From: Candidatus Latescibacterota bacterium
Lineage (GTDB): Bacteria; Latescibacterota; UBA2968; GCA-2709665
DNA: 64,000 bases
Assembly (NCBI GenBank): GCA_012270675.1
Contig: JAAXHW010000060.1
Location: 19,973 to 83,972 of the forward strand
Reading direction: 5' to 3'
The notes under the pieces were generated by a model. The model was not told the origin of the DNA and made no database searches. It saw nothing but the letters and a program-made list of their open reading frames with translations. Position numbers and translations under genes: made by a program. Every line of letters begins with the position of its first letter. The first letter of the stretch is position 1. Below are positions 38,638 to 48,519 of the stretch, in pieces.

Positions 38638-39753
38638 ATGGCACACCATTCAGCAACCGCTCTATTGAAGGCGGCAGACCGGAAGCGCGAAGACAGCCGG
38701 TTCGACGAGGCCCTGTCGCTCTACCGCAAAGCCCAGGCGCACTTCCGCACGGAAAAGGACCTGGAGGGCCTCCTCACCTGCCGCCTGTCCAAAGGCCACT
38801 GTCTGCGTCTCATCGGCCGCTTTAAGCAGGCCCTGTCCGAATACCGGACCGCCCAGCGCCTGGCGCTCGATGCTGGAGACGAGGTTGCGCTTGCCGATGC
38901 CGTCGTGGGCCAGGGGATGGCCGTGAGGGCTTTGTGGGACATCCCCGAATCGCTCCGACTCTTCGACCGGGCGGTAACCCTCTATCGAGCGCTTGAGGAC
39001 GGCGCCGGAGAAGCCTATACCCTCTGGGCCAAAGGCGGCGCCCTCCGCGTACAAGGAGACCTTACCCTCGCCTTAAAGACCTTCCACGACGCCCGTCAGC
39101 GGTTTGCCGCACAGAGCGACCGGGAAGGAACGGTCTATGCCCTGTGCGGCCTGGGCGGCATCTCCCGCATCATGGGCCGGTTCGACGACTCCCTCGCATT
39201 CTACACGGAAGCAAACGAGCGCCTCCGCCGCTCCCGCGACAGGTTCGGCCGGGCCTACACTTTCTGCGGCCGGGCGAATGCGTGGCGCATGCTGGGCGAC
39301 TACGACACGTCTTTGTCCCTCTTCGACCGCGCCCGGCGGCTCTACGACGAAATCGACGACCGCGTCAGCTACGCCTACACCCTGTGGGGAGAAGGCACGG
39401 CCTGCAAGATGCTCAGGCGCTACGACGATGCCGAACAGAACTTCCGGGAGGCCGAAGCCCTGTTTCGGGCGACCAGAGACTCGCGCGGCAGCGTCTACAC
39501 CCTGCTGGGGCGGGGAGAACTCCGACTGCTGGCGGGCAAAACCGGCCCGGCGGACCGGCTGTTCCGGAAGGCCTCCGACACCGCCCGGCAGTTCGCCCTC
39601 CGGCTTGAGGCATACCACGCCGAGCTTCTCTTGAAACTCCTCCAGAAAGAACAGGGAAGGCGCGTCTCCTTCCACGGCCTCCGCAAGCGCTACGAACGCC
39701 TGGGCACAACCTTTCTAAAGGGTGAACCTTCGGTGCCATTCAACCTGCCCTGA
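38638..39753 (+). CDS. TPR repeat protein
   Basis: Roughly eight to nine ~40-aa repeats of the type G.AYTLWG.G...M.GRYD.AL..F..A (e.g. SYAYTLWGEGTACKMLRRYDDAEQNFREA). Confidence 0.7.
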   Translation: MAHHSATALLKAADRKREDSRFDEALSLYRKAQAHFRTEKDLEGLLTCRLSKGHCLRLIGRFKQALSEYRTAQRLALDAGDEVALADAVVGQGMAVRALWDIPESLRLFDRAVTLYRALEDGAGEAYTLWAKGGALRVQGDLTLALKTFHDARQRFAAQSDREGTVYALCGLGGISRIMGRFDDSLAFYTEANERLRRSRDRFGRAYTFCGRANAWRMLGDYDTSLSLFDRARRLYDEIDDRVSYAYTLWGEGTACKMLRRYDDAEQNFREAEALFRATRDSRGSVYTLLGRGELRLLAGKTGPADRLFRKASDTARQFALRLEAYHAELLLKLLQKEQGRRVSFHGLRKRYERLGTTFLKGEPSVPFNLP

Positions 39754-39758
39754 GCCCT

Positions 39759-40727
39759 TTATCTCACCGCGATCGGGTTGCCCGGAGACCCTGTGCCTCC
39801 CCTCAACCGCAGCGGTGCAAACACAAACGCGAACTCGTACACCCCGTCTGCGGCCAGTTCCTCTAAGTCCAGATTCTCCAAATTGTAGATCCCGTTCCGG
39901 TTAATCAGGACCTGGTGGGCTTCAAACGGCCGGTTCGGATCGTCTCCCGGCACCGCCTCCACGGCCCAGCTATCCCCACCCGTCATCACAACCTTCTGGT
40001 CCACCAGCCACCGGGCGGCCTCCAGCCCGATGCCCGGTTCGCCCGAATTGTACGTCTCGTTGTCCACCATCCACAGCTTCCCGTGCCCCGTCCGAAAAAG
40101 CACCACATCCCCCCCGGTAATCTCCACCCCCTGTTTTTTCAACGCCCCCTGAATATCCGCCACCGTAACAATGTACCCCACCTCCAGTCGTTCGACCCCC
40201 TTGTATCCGGCCACATCGACCAGCACCCCCCGTGTGAAGAACACCCCCACGTTCTCGACCCCCAGCTTTTCCAGGCCATACGGCTTGCTGAACTCCGACC
40301 GCTTGAACCCGTTGTAGAAAACATCCTCACCCCCCACCCGGGTGCCGATGTGTCCCAGGCCGTCGAACTGGGTGCCGATCTGTCCGATCTCTCCACTGAA
40401 CATCTCATCGTGCCAGACCATTTGATTCGTCCCCTCGGCCACGCCGGACGGAGAGCCCACAATGGTCAAACTGTAGTGTCGGTTGCCAAACATCGGCATC
40501 CCGTTCTCGTAGACCCTGCCCAGCTGATAGACCTTCCCCTCTTGAATCAACCCTGCGGCCTGGAGCACCTTCTGAGGCGTAATCCGGTTGATTGCCCCAC
40601 GCTGGTCCTCCGGACCCCACTCGGAAGGCCACCATTTCGGCCCGATCGGGGTCTCCTGGGCCTTCAGGGGCACAACGGTCAGCCACACAGCCCCAAGTGT
40701 GAGAAAACATCCATATAAACACCGCAT
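39759..40727 (-). CDS. cyclase family protein (kynurenine formamidase-like), secreted
   Basis: Signal peptide MRCLYGCFLTLGAVWLTVVPLKA. WGPEDQRGAIN...GTQFDGLGHIG matches the putative-cyclase fold. Confidence 0.78.
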   Translation of the reverse strand: MRCLYGCFLTLGAVWLTVVPLKAQETPIGPKWWPSEWGPEDQRGAINRITPQKVLQAAGLIQEGKVYQLGRVYENGMPMFGNRHYSLTIVGSPSGVAEGTNQMVWHDEMFSGEIGQIGTQFDGLGHIGTRVGGEDVFYNGFKRSEFSKPYGLEKLGVENVGVFFTRGVLVDVAGYKGVERLEVGYIVTVADIQGALKKQGVEITGGDVVLFRTGHGKLWMVDNETYNSGEPGIGLEAARWLVDQKVVMTGGDSWAVEAVPGDDPNRPFEAHQVLINRNGIYNLENLDLEELAADGVYEFAFVFAPLRLRGGTGSPGNPIAVR

Positions 40728-40848
40728 ATCCTGCCTCCTGTCGCGTTGAGGGAACAGCCTGTTTCCCGTGATCTCCATGCCAAAATAATGCACCCCCGCC
40801 CGAAACGCAAGGGCAGAATATTTCCATCGAACATAGGCATAGAAGGTC

Positions 40849-40877
40849 GTTGCATTGGCCCGCGCTGCATGCTATCT
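40849..40877 (+). promoter_or_regulatory. promoter candidate TTGCAT-17-TATCTT ahead of the nine-gene array
   Basis: Hexamers at 40849-40854 and 40872-40877. Confidence 0.3.
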
Positions 40878-40949
40878 TACCCCCGCTTCGGAAAACCGAA
40901 TATTCATGCTTTCAATTCATACCTGTGCAGATCAACAGGGAGAAAACCA

Positions 40950-41918
40950 GTGAAAACCAAACCCCTGGGCCGGACCGGCCTGGAGGTCTCCATCGTGGGG
41001 CTGGGCGCTGCATTCATCGGCATCCCCGACCCCAACCGGGCCGCCCTAGAATACGACGGCCAGCCGGGGCAGATGCAGGATGACCTGGGTGTTCGGACCG
41101 TCCATGCGGCGATCGAAGCCGGATGCACCCTCATCGACACCGCCCCCCTCTACGGCCGCACCCGCAGCGAAGAGATCATCGGCCGGGCCCTCAAAGCGCG
41201 CCCGGACCTGGCCGCTCGATGCACCGTCACCACCAAAGTCGGCTGCCTTCCAGATGAATTCGACTACACCTGCGACGGCATCATGCGCCACGTGGAAGCC
41301 AGCCAGCAGCGCCTCGGCCTGGACACCTTCGAGGTCCTCTACATCCACGACCCCATGGACGTCCCGGTGGAGCAGGTGATGGGCAAAGACGGCGCCCTGG
41401 GCGCCCTGCGCAAACTCCAGGACGAGGGCGTTGTGCGGTTCGTCGGTATTGCCGCCAACGAACCTGACACCAACGCCCCCTACATCGAAACCGGGGAATT
41501 CGACGCCGCCGTCGTCCCCGAGGCCTGGAGCCTCTTAAACCAGCTTGCCGCACAACGCATCCTGCCTGCCGCAGAGAAACACAACGTCGGCCTTGTCATC
41601 GCCACCCCGGTCGAACGCGGCCTCCTGGCCACCGGCCCCGCCCCGGGCACCAACTACCTGGCCCGCAGCTTCAGCCAGGCCTGCCTGGACCACGTCACCG
41701 AAATCCAGACCCTCTGCCGGGACCACAACATCCCTATGGCCGCCGCCGCCATCCAGTGGTGCACCCGCCACCCCCAGGTCGCCGCCGCCATCCCGGGCGC
41801 TCGAACCCCCGGCGAGGCCGCCGAAAACGCCCGGGCGGGCGAGGTGGATATTCCGGAAGCCTTCTGGGAAGACCTGGCGCACCTGGTCCGGCACTTTGAG
41901 GCGGGAGTGGACCGATAG
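40950..41918 (+). CDS. aldo/keto reductase
   Basis: The GTG start after GGGAG gives VKTKPLGRTGLEVSIVGLGAAFIG...IDTAPLYGRTRSEEIIG...LYIHDP. Confidence 0.85.
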   Translation: MKTKPLGRTGLEVSIVGLGAAFIGIPDPNRAALEYDGQPGQMQDDLGVRTVHAAIEAGCTLIDTAPLYGRTRSEEIIGRALKARPDLAARCTVTTKVGCLPDEFDYTCDGIMRHVEASQQRLGLDTFEVLYIHDPMDVPVEQVMGKDGALGALRKLQDEGVVRFVGIAANEPDTNAPYIETGEFDAAVVPEAWSLLNQLAAQRILPAAEKHNVGLVIATPVERGLLATGPAPGTNYLARSFSQACLDHVTEIQTLCRDHNIPMAAAAIQWCTRHPQVAAAIPGARTPGEAAENARAGEVDIPEAFWEDLAHLVRHFEAGVDR

Positions 41919-41963
41919 GCCCTCACCTCCCGTGAAACCTTTAACAAGGAGGACCTCCCACCG

Positions 41964-42854
41964 ATGTCCCTCACCCTGACCCTTCTGGGGACCGGCACCC
42001 CCACCCCCCTCACCTGCCGCGCAGGCTCCAGCTATCTCGTCACCCTTGGCGGTGAAGCCCTGCTCTTCGACTGCGGGCCGATGTGCGTTCACCGCCTCCT
42101 CAAAAAAGGCGTGCCCCCAAAACGCATCACCCGTCTCTTCCTCACGCATCTGCACTACGACCACTGTGTCGACTACGGCTATCTCGTCTTAAACCGCTGG
42201 GACCAGGGCGCCGGGAAAATCCCGGAACTGGATGTCTACGGCCCTCCGCCCACCGCCCGGATGACCGACCGGCTCTTTGGAGAAGACGGCGCATTCGGAC
42301 CCGACCTCGAAGCCAGGACCCGCCACCCGGGCAGCGAATTCGTCTATGAGATGCGCGGCGGCACCCTGCCCAGAAAACGCCCCGCGCCCATCGTCGCCGA
42401 AGTCGCCCACGGCGACGTGGTGGAGCAGAAGGGATGGCGCGTGAAAGTGGCCGAAGTGATCCACACCCAGCCTCAGCTCACCTGCCTCGCCTACCGCCTG
42501 GACACCCCGAACCGGTCAATCGTCTTCGGAGGGGATACGGCACCCACAGAGACCCTCACCGAACTGTCGGAGGGCGCCGACATCCTGCTGCACATGTGCC
42601 ACCTCGTCAACAATGCCGTCACCGACCCCAGAATCACAGGCTGTTGTTCGGGGCACCTGGACGCGGCACGCACCGCACGCGACGCCGGCGTCAACACCCT
42701 GGTCCTCGTCCACATCACCGAACAGGTCGAACGCCCCGGCATCCGCGAGCGGGTGCTGCGTGAGGCGGGTGAAATCTTCGACGGACACATCATCTTTGGC
42801 GAAGACCTCCTGGAGGTCCCGCTGGGCGACATCACACCGGAGAAGATCCAGTAG
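41964..42854 (+). CDS. MBL-fold metallo-hydrolase
   Basis: LTLLGTGTP...THLHYDH (HxHxDH), then a later GGDT and HM.H. Confidence 0.85.
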   Translation: MSLTLTLLGTGTPTPLTCRAGSSYLVTLGGEALLFDCGPMCVHRLLKKGVPPKRITRLFLTHLHYDHCVDYGYLVLNRWDQGAGKIPELDVYGPPPTARMTDRLFGEDGAFGPDLEARTRHPGSEFVYEMRGGTLPRKRPAPIVAEVAHGDVVEQKGWRVKVAEVIHTQPQLTCLAYRLDTPNRSIVFGGDTAPTETLTELSEGADILLHMCHLVNNAVTDPRITGCCSGHLDAARTARDAGVNTLVLVHITEQVERPGIRERVLREAGEIFDGHIIFGEDLLEVPLGDITPEKIQ

Positions 42855-42882
42855 AGGCAGACTTCTCATAAGGAGGCAACAC

Positions 42883-43938
42883 ATGGGCCAGACCGCACGC
42901 GCGTCCGTCATGGTCGGAGAACGGTTTGAAATCCGGGAGTACCCCGTGCCCGAACCGGAGCCCGGCACCATGCTCTTAAAGCAGGAACTGGGTGGCATCT
43001 GCGGCACGGACCTCCACAACTGGGAGTATCAACACCTGGAGGGAGAAATCATCCTGGGCCACGAAAACGTCGGCATCGTCCACAAACTGGGTCAGGACGC
43101 CGAAACCGACTACATGGGACGACCGCTCAGCGTCGGCGACCGCGTCGTCCTGGCCCCCGGCACAAACAAAGGCGCCTACGGATTCCTGCAGGCTGAGGAA
43201 GCGCCATACCTGCGGGGTGGATTCGCCGACTACATCTACCTCTGGAACCCCGACACCGTGGTCCTCAAAACCGACCTGCCCCCCGAGGTCGCGGTCCTCA
43301 CCGAACCCTTCACCATCGGCGTGCACGCCGTCATGAGGGCCCGCATCCGGTTTGGAGACACCGTCGTCGTCCAGGGCGCCGGGGCCATCGGCCTGGTCAC
43401 CCTCGTCTGCGCCAGAATCAGCGGCGCTGCCCGGCTCATCGTGGTCGGCGGTCCCCCGGGGCGTCTGGAACTGGCGAAAAAAATGGGCGCCGACGTCACC
43501 ATCGACATCGGCGAAATCCAGGACCCCGAAGCGCGCACAAAACGCGTCCTGGAAAACACCCCCCGGGGCAGGGGCGCCGACGTGGTCTTTGAATGCGCGG
43601 GCTTTCTCCCCGCCCTGCCCGAAGGCCTGGGTTATGTACGCCAGAGCGGCACCTACGTGGAAATGGGGCACTTTGTGGATGTCGGCAACATCGACTTCAA
43701 CCCCAACCGGCTGCTGATGCGCAAAAACCTCCGCCTCGAAGCCATCTGGGGCAGCCACCCCGAACACTTCGTGCGCGGCCTGCCCATCCTGGAACGAAAC
43801 GAATTCCCCTTTGCCGAAATGGTCAGCCACATCCTCCCCCTGGACCGGGTCGCCGAAGGTTTCAACGCCCTCTCCGGCGGCTACCGCCTGGACGGGAGGG
43901 ACGCCATTAAGATTGCGGTCAAAGGTGGAGCGGAATAA
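42883..43938 (+). CDS. zinc-dependent alcohol dehydrogenase (MDR family)
   Basis: ATG follows AAGGAGG. GICGTDLH, GHENVG and a Rossmann motif VVQGAGAIG. Confidence 0.88.
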   Translation: MGQTARASVMVGERFEIREYPVPEPEPGTMLLKQELGGICGTDLHNWEYQHLEGEIILGHENVGIVHKLGQDAETDYMGRPLSVGDRVVLAPGTNKGAYGFLQAEEAPYLRGGFADYIYLWNPDTVVLKTDLPPEVAVLTEPFTIGVHAVMRARIRFGDTVVVQGAGAIGLVTLVCARISGAARLIVVGGPPGRLELAKKMGADVTIDIGEIQDPEARTKRVLENTPRGRGADVVFECAGFLPALPEGLGYVRQSGTYVEMGHFVDVGNIDFNPNRLLMRKNLRLEAIWGSHPEHFVRGLPILERNEFPFAEMVSHILPLDRVAEGFNALSGGYRLDGRDAIKIAVKGGAE

Positions 43939-43967
43939 GAAATCTCAGGACGAAAACCGATTTTCCC

Positions 43968-45896
43968 ATGACCCGACGCGCCTTCCTCCTCGGCCTGGCC
44001 ATGGCCGTGGTGATCAACCTCTGGCCGACGTACTCCAGCCTGATCGTCCACTCCTCGCGGGCGGACTATGCCCACCTTTCGGTGGCCTTTCTCATCCCCT
44101 TCATCTGCCTGCTGGGGCTCAATCTCCTGCTGGAGCGCAGGGGACAGGGCCTCTCCGCCTCGGAACTGCTGAGCATCTGCTGCATCGGCATGGTTGCCGC
44201 CACCATGCAGGGCGAATGGCTCTCCGGCTACTTCCTGGGTGTCACCACCGCTCCCACCTATTTTGCCACCCCGGAAAATCGGTGGGGGGAACTTCTGCTC
44301 CATCACATGCCCCGCTGGAGCATCGTGGCCGACCGGCAGGCCACCGCCGGGTTCTACGAAAGCCTGATGAGGGGAGACACCTTTCCCTGGGGCGCCTGGG
44401 GTGCCCCGCTCTTCTGGTGGACAGGCTTCTTCGGAGCGGTTCTGACGGCCAGCTTCTGCCTGGTGATCATCCTGCGAAAGCAGTGGATGGAACACGAACG
44501 GCTCACCTTTCCCATCGCCACTGCCCTGCTGGAGCTGACCGGAGTCTCCGGCTCGGTGGGCACCCTTCAGAACCTGATCCGTTCCCGGCCCTTTCGAATA
44601 GGCTTCGGCATTGTCCTGGGCATCATCTGCTGGAACATCGTCACCTGGTTTGCGCCAACCTTCCCTTCGCTTCCCTTGCTGATCCGGCGGGACATCCCCA
44701 TCGCCAGGGGCTTTCCAGGCCTCCGTGTCATCGTCCACCCCATGACCATCGCATTCGGCTACTTTACCAAATCGGAAGTCCTGCTCAGCATCTGGGTCTT
44801 CCACCTGCTGGCCATCCTGCAGGTGGGCATCTTCGACCGCACGGGCTTCAGCATCGGCGGCTCCGACCCCTGGTGTTCCTTCGACCCGGCCATCGGCTGG
44901 CAGAGCTTCGGGGGGATGATCGTCTTTGTGGGCTGGGGCCTCTGGACGGCCCGTTCCCACCTCTCGGCCGTCTTCCGGACAGCATTCACGGGACGGGGAA
45001 ACATCCAGGATGCCGGAGAACTCCTCTCCTGCCGAACGGCCGTCTATCTGCTGCTCGCCTGCAGCCTCTACCTGATCTTATGGCTTCACCACGCCGGCAT
45101 GGGATGGGGGCCCCTGCTGGCCTTCTGGTTCGGCACCCTGGTCCTCTACCTCGGATTGGCACGCATCATCGTGGAAAGCGGGCTCGTCTTCCTGCGGGGG
45201 CCCATCACCGCTCAGGCCTTCACCTGGCACCTCTTCGGCATTGCCGGCATGGGACCGGCCAGCGCGGTCAGCCTGGGGCTTACGTACACCTTCTTCTGCG
45301 ACGCCAAAACCTTCGGCATCACCGCACTTGCCCACATCCCCCGCCTCGGCACTGCCATAGCCCCCACGCACCGCCGGTTTCTGGTCCCGGCCGTACTCCT
45401 GGCCGCCCTGGCCGGGGCCGGCGCGGCCGTTGGCTACACCCTCCACCAGGGCTACTACACCGTTGGGAGCTACAACTTCGGGGCCTCCAGCTTCAACGGC
45501 TCGGGAGACGGCGCCGTGGGAATCTGGCGGCTCACCGCCAACCGCATCCAGCACGGCACGTTCGGAACCGACTGGAACCGCGTTCAATTCCTCGGCATCG
45601 GCGCGGCCTTCACCGGACTCCTGTTCTACCTGCGCTACCGCTTTCCCACCTTTCCCATCCACCCCATCGGATTTACCATCTCCTCCTCCGCCTTTTTGAG
45701 AAACAGCGTTTCATCCATCTTCCTGGTCTGGATGGCCAAAACCCTGCTGCTCAACTTCGGAGGCCTGGAGCGCTACCGGCGCACGGCGCCCCTCTTCCTG
45801 GGCATCGCCCTGGGCTACCTGACCGGCATCGGGCTGGGACTCCTCATCGACATCATCTGGTTCAACGGAAACGGACACCTTGTCAACAGACCTTAA
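43968..45896 (+). CDS. uncharacterised polytopic membrane protein (642 aa, at least 12 predicted helices)
   Basis: Alternating long hydrophobic segments throughout. It is read in a different frame from the spurious 1215-aa ORF, and I recognised no catalytic or transporter signature. Confidence 0.72.
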   Translation: MTRRAFLLGLAMAVVINLWPTYSSLIVHSSRADYAHLSVAFLIPFICLLGLNLLLERRGQGLSASELLSICCIGMVAATMQGEWLSGYFLGVTTAPTYFATPENRWGELLLHHMPRWSIVADRQATAGFYESLMRGDTFPWGAWGAPLFWWTGFFGAVLTASFCLVIILRKQWMEHERLTFPIATALLELTGVSGSVGTLQNLIRSRPFRIGFGIVLGIICWNIVTWFAPTFPSLPLLIRRDIPIARGFPGLRVIVHPMTIAFGYFTKSEVLLSIWVFHLLAILQVGIFDRTGFSIGGSDPWCSFDPAIGWQSFGGMIVFVGWGLWTARSHLSAVFRTAFTGRGNIQDAGELLSCRTAVYLLLACSLYLILWLHHAGMGWGPLLAFWFGTLVLYLGLARIIVESGLVFLRGPITAQAFTWHLFGIAGMGPASAVSLGLTYTFFCDAKTFGITALAHIPRLGTAIAPTHRRFLVPAVLLAALAGAGAAVGYTLHQGYYTVGSYNFGASSFNGSGDGAVGIWRLTANRIQHGTFGTDWNRVQFLGIGAAFTGLLFYLRYRFPTFPIHPIGFTISSSAFLRNSVSSIFLVWMAKTLLLNFGGLERYRRTAPLFLGIALGYLTGIGLGLLIDIIWFNGNGHLVNRP

Positions 45897-45910
45897 ACGG
45901 AGGACTTTCC

Positions 45911-47458
45911 ATGCGGTTCGACACCCTCATCCGCAACAGCACCGTCGTCGACGGTGCCGGCATTCGAGACCCCTTTCCCGCCGACCTGGGCATCACAGGC
46001 GACCGCATCGCCGCCCTGGGTGATCTCAAAGACGCGCAGGCGGACCGGGTGATCAACGCGGCAGACCGGATCGTCAGCCCCGGCTTCATCGACGTCCACG
46101 TCCACTCCGAAATCGCCCTCCTCACCGGCAGGGACCGATTCGCCGGTATCCAGCAGGGCGTCACGACCCAGCTCACCGCGCCCGATGGCTTCGGCTGGAC
46201 CGGCCTCTCCCCCGAACGGACCGAACAGATGTGGACGTACACCCGCTTCGCTACCGGAGAGGTCGACTTCGACATCGGCTGTCCCACCCTGGAAGACTAC
46301 CTCGCGCTCTTCCCGGGAAACACCCCCTGCAACGTCTACCCCCAGGTCCCCCACTGCGCCATCCGCCTCAGCGTCTGCGGCTGGCACCCCGGCCCGGCCA
46401 GCGACAACCAGACCGCCGCCATGGCCGACCTCACCCGGGCGTGGATGGACGCCGGTGCCGGCTGCCTCTGCCTGGGCCTGGACTACCAGCCCAGCGCCAA
46501 CGCCGACATGCGCGAACTCGTCGCCCTTTGCAAAGTCGTCGCATCCTGTGGCGGCATCTACGCCGCCCACATCCGCTATCACACCCTCGGCCGGACGGCC
46601 GCCTGGGAAGAAACGATCGATCTTTCCCGCCAGGCCAACATTCCCGTCCACATCTCCCACGAAAAAGTAGACGACGAATCCGCCGACCTCCTCGACCGTA
46701 TCGACCGCGAGGACATCGACCTCACCTTCGAGTCCTACCTCTACCCCGCCGGCATGAGCCACATGACCATCATGCTCCCCGTCGAATACCAGATCGGCAC
46801 GCCCGGGGAGGTGATCGAACGCCTGAAAGATCCCGATGTCCGGGAAAAGACCCTCCCCCACCTCTCAGGATGGCTCGGCGAATGCAATCAAACCGTCGGC
46901 TACACCTGCTCCGGGCGCTATATCGGCCGCACCCTCTCCGAAATCGCCGCGGAAGCCGGCAAATCCCCAGAGGCTTTCGCCTACGATCTCATCCTCGAAG
47001 AAGAGGGCCTCTCCGCCTTCATCTTCCCCTGGCAGGTCCCCCCCGAAGAGGCCGAAAACAGCATCGACCGAACCGCTGTCCACCCGCGCATGCTGGTCGC
47101 CAGCGACGGCATCTACAACATCCCCCACCCCCACCCCAGAGGCTTCGGCTGCTTCGCCCGCGTTCCCGGCCGCTTCGTCCGGGAGAAAAAGCTCCTTTCC
47201 CTGAAGGAAGCCATATACAAAATGAGCGGCTTTCCCGCCCGCCGCTACGGCCTCAAAGACCGGGGAGAGATCGCAAGGGGCAAGGCCGCCGACCTCGTCA
47301 TCTTCGATCCCCGGACCGTGGACGCCCTCGCCACGTTTGAGCACCCCATTCAGCCCCCGGTCGGTATCGATTATGTGATGGTCAACGGTGAACTGGCCGT
47401 CGAAAACGGCACGCCCACGGGAAAGTTGCCCGGTCGGGTGTTGCAATGCTCTGCCTAA
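45911..47458 (+). CDS. N-acyl-D-amino-acid deacylase (D-aminoacylase) family amidohydrolase
   Basis: ATG follows GGAGG. The sequence reads MRFDTLIRNSTVVDGAG...SPGFIDVHVHSE...AHIRY...VHISH...SDG...ADLVIFDP. Confidence 0.87.
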   Translation: MRFDTLIRNSTVVDGAGIRDPFPADLGITGDRIAALGDLKDAQADRVINAADRIVSPGFIDVHVHSEIALLTGRDRFAGIQQGVTTQLTAPDGFGWTGLSPERTEQMWTYTRFATGEVDFDIGCPTLEDYLALFPGNTPCNVYPQVPHCAIRLSVCGWHPGPASDNQTAAMADLTRAWMDAGAGCLCLGLDYQPSANADMRELVALCKVVASCGGIYAAHIRYHTLGRTAAWEETIDLSRQANIPVHISHEKVDDESADLLDRIDREDIDLTFESYLYPAGMSHMTIMLPVEYQIGTPGEVIERLKDPDVREKTLPHLSGWLGECNQTVGYTCSGRYIGRTLSEIAAEAGKSPEAFAYDLILEEEGLSAFIFPWQVPPEEAENSIDRTAVHPRMLVASDGIYNIPHPHPRGFGCFARVPGRFVREKKLLSLKEAIYKMSGFPARRYGLKDRGEIARGKAADLVIFDPRTVDALATFEHPIQPPVGIDYVMVNGELAVENGTPTGKLPGRVLQCSA

Positions 47459-47542
47459 ACCACTGGTCTTCGACCGCCAAATGTGGTATATTGGACCTTC
47501 AAACCGACCGGCCCAGTTCATCCCCAATCGACCGGGGGGCCT

Positions 47543-48508
47543 ATGGCCACGGTGGGGTTCATCACCCATCCCGACTACCTGGAACACGACACCGGCCCCT
47601 GGCATCCGGAGCGGCCCGACAGGCTCCGGGCCATCCTGCAGCGGCTGGAAGAGACAGGCCTTCGGAAGGAACTCCTGGCCATACCGCCCCGGGCCGCCGG
47701 GGTCGCCTGGCTGGAAAAAGTCCACACAAAAGCACACGTGGCCAACGTAAAATTCCGGTGCGAGCAGAACCTCCCCCACATGGGCGACGGCGAGACCATG
47801 GTCTCTTCCCGCTCCTTCGAAATCGCCCGCCTGGCCGTGGGGGCCGCCTTCGATGCGGTAGACGCCGTCGCAGATGGGCGCGCCAGCGCCGTGTTTTGCG
47901 CCGTCAGGCCGCCGGGGCACCACGCCGAGCGCGACCGGGCGATGGGATTCTGTCTCTTCAACAGCGTCGTGATCGCCGCCCGCTACGTCCAGGAGACCTG
48001 CAACCTGGAACGGGTAGCCATCATCGACTGGGACGTCCACCACGGAAACGGCACGCAGCACATCCTGGAGAGCGACCCCACCGTCTTCTACTTCAGCGTG
48101 CACCAGTACCCGCACTACCCCGGTACGGGAAGCATCCACGAAGTCGGCATCGGGCCGGGAATGGGCGCCACCCTGAACGCCCCTGTGCAGGCGGGCGCCG
48201 GAGACGAGGCGTACCTGAAAGCCTTTGACGAGCGCTGCCTGCCTGCGATGGAGCGGTTCCGCCCGGAATTCGTCATCATCTCCGCAGGCTTCGACGCCCA
48301 CAGGGATGACCCCCTCTCCGCCACCCGCGTCACCGAAACCGGCTTTTCCGAAATGACCCGACGCGCCATGGCCATCGCCCGGACCCATGCCGGAGGCCGC
48401 CTCATCTCCGTCCTGGAAGGCGGCTATGGCTTAAACGGCCTTTCGCACAGCGTAGAGGCCCACCTTCGCACCCTGATGGAGGCCGCCCCCTCCCTCTTTC
48501 CACTCTGA
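47543..48508 (+). CDS. histone deacetylase-family amidohydrolase (AcuC / acetylpolyamine deacetylase-like)
   Basis: HPERPDRL, RPPGHHA, DWDVHHGNGTQ, SAGFDAHRDDPL and EGGY. Confidence 0.9.
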   Translation: MATVGFITHPDYLEHDTGPWHPERPDRLRAILQRLEETGLRKELLAIPPRAAGVAWLEKVHTKAHVANVKFRCEQNLPHMGDGETMVSSRSFEIARLAVGAAFDAVDAVADGRASAVFCAVRPPGHHAERDRAMGFCLFNSVVIAARYVQETCNLERVAIIDWDVHHGNGTQHILESDPTVFYFSVHQYPHYPGTGSIHEVGIGPGMGATLNAPVQAGAGDEAYLKAFDERCLPAMERFRPEFVIISAGFDAHRDDPLSATRVTETGFSEMTRRAMAIARTHAGGRLISVLEGGYGLNGLSHSVEAHLRTLMEAAPSLFPL

Positions 48509-48519
48509 TAGGAGATTCA

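Noticed and set aside
43811-45910. N-terminal 700 aa of the 1215-aa ORF 43811..47458
   Set aside because: This part is an R/P/H/G-rich read-through in an alternative frame of the membrane-protein gene. The D-aminoacylase homology begins at MRFDTLIRNSTVVDG (ATG 45911), which is preceded by GGAGG.
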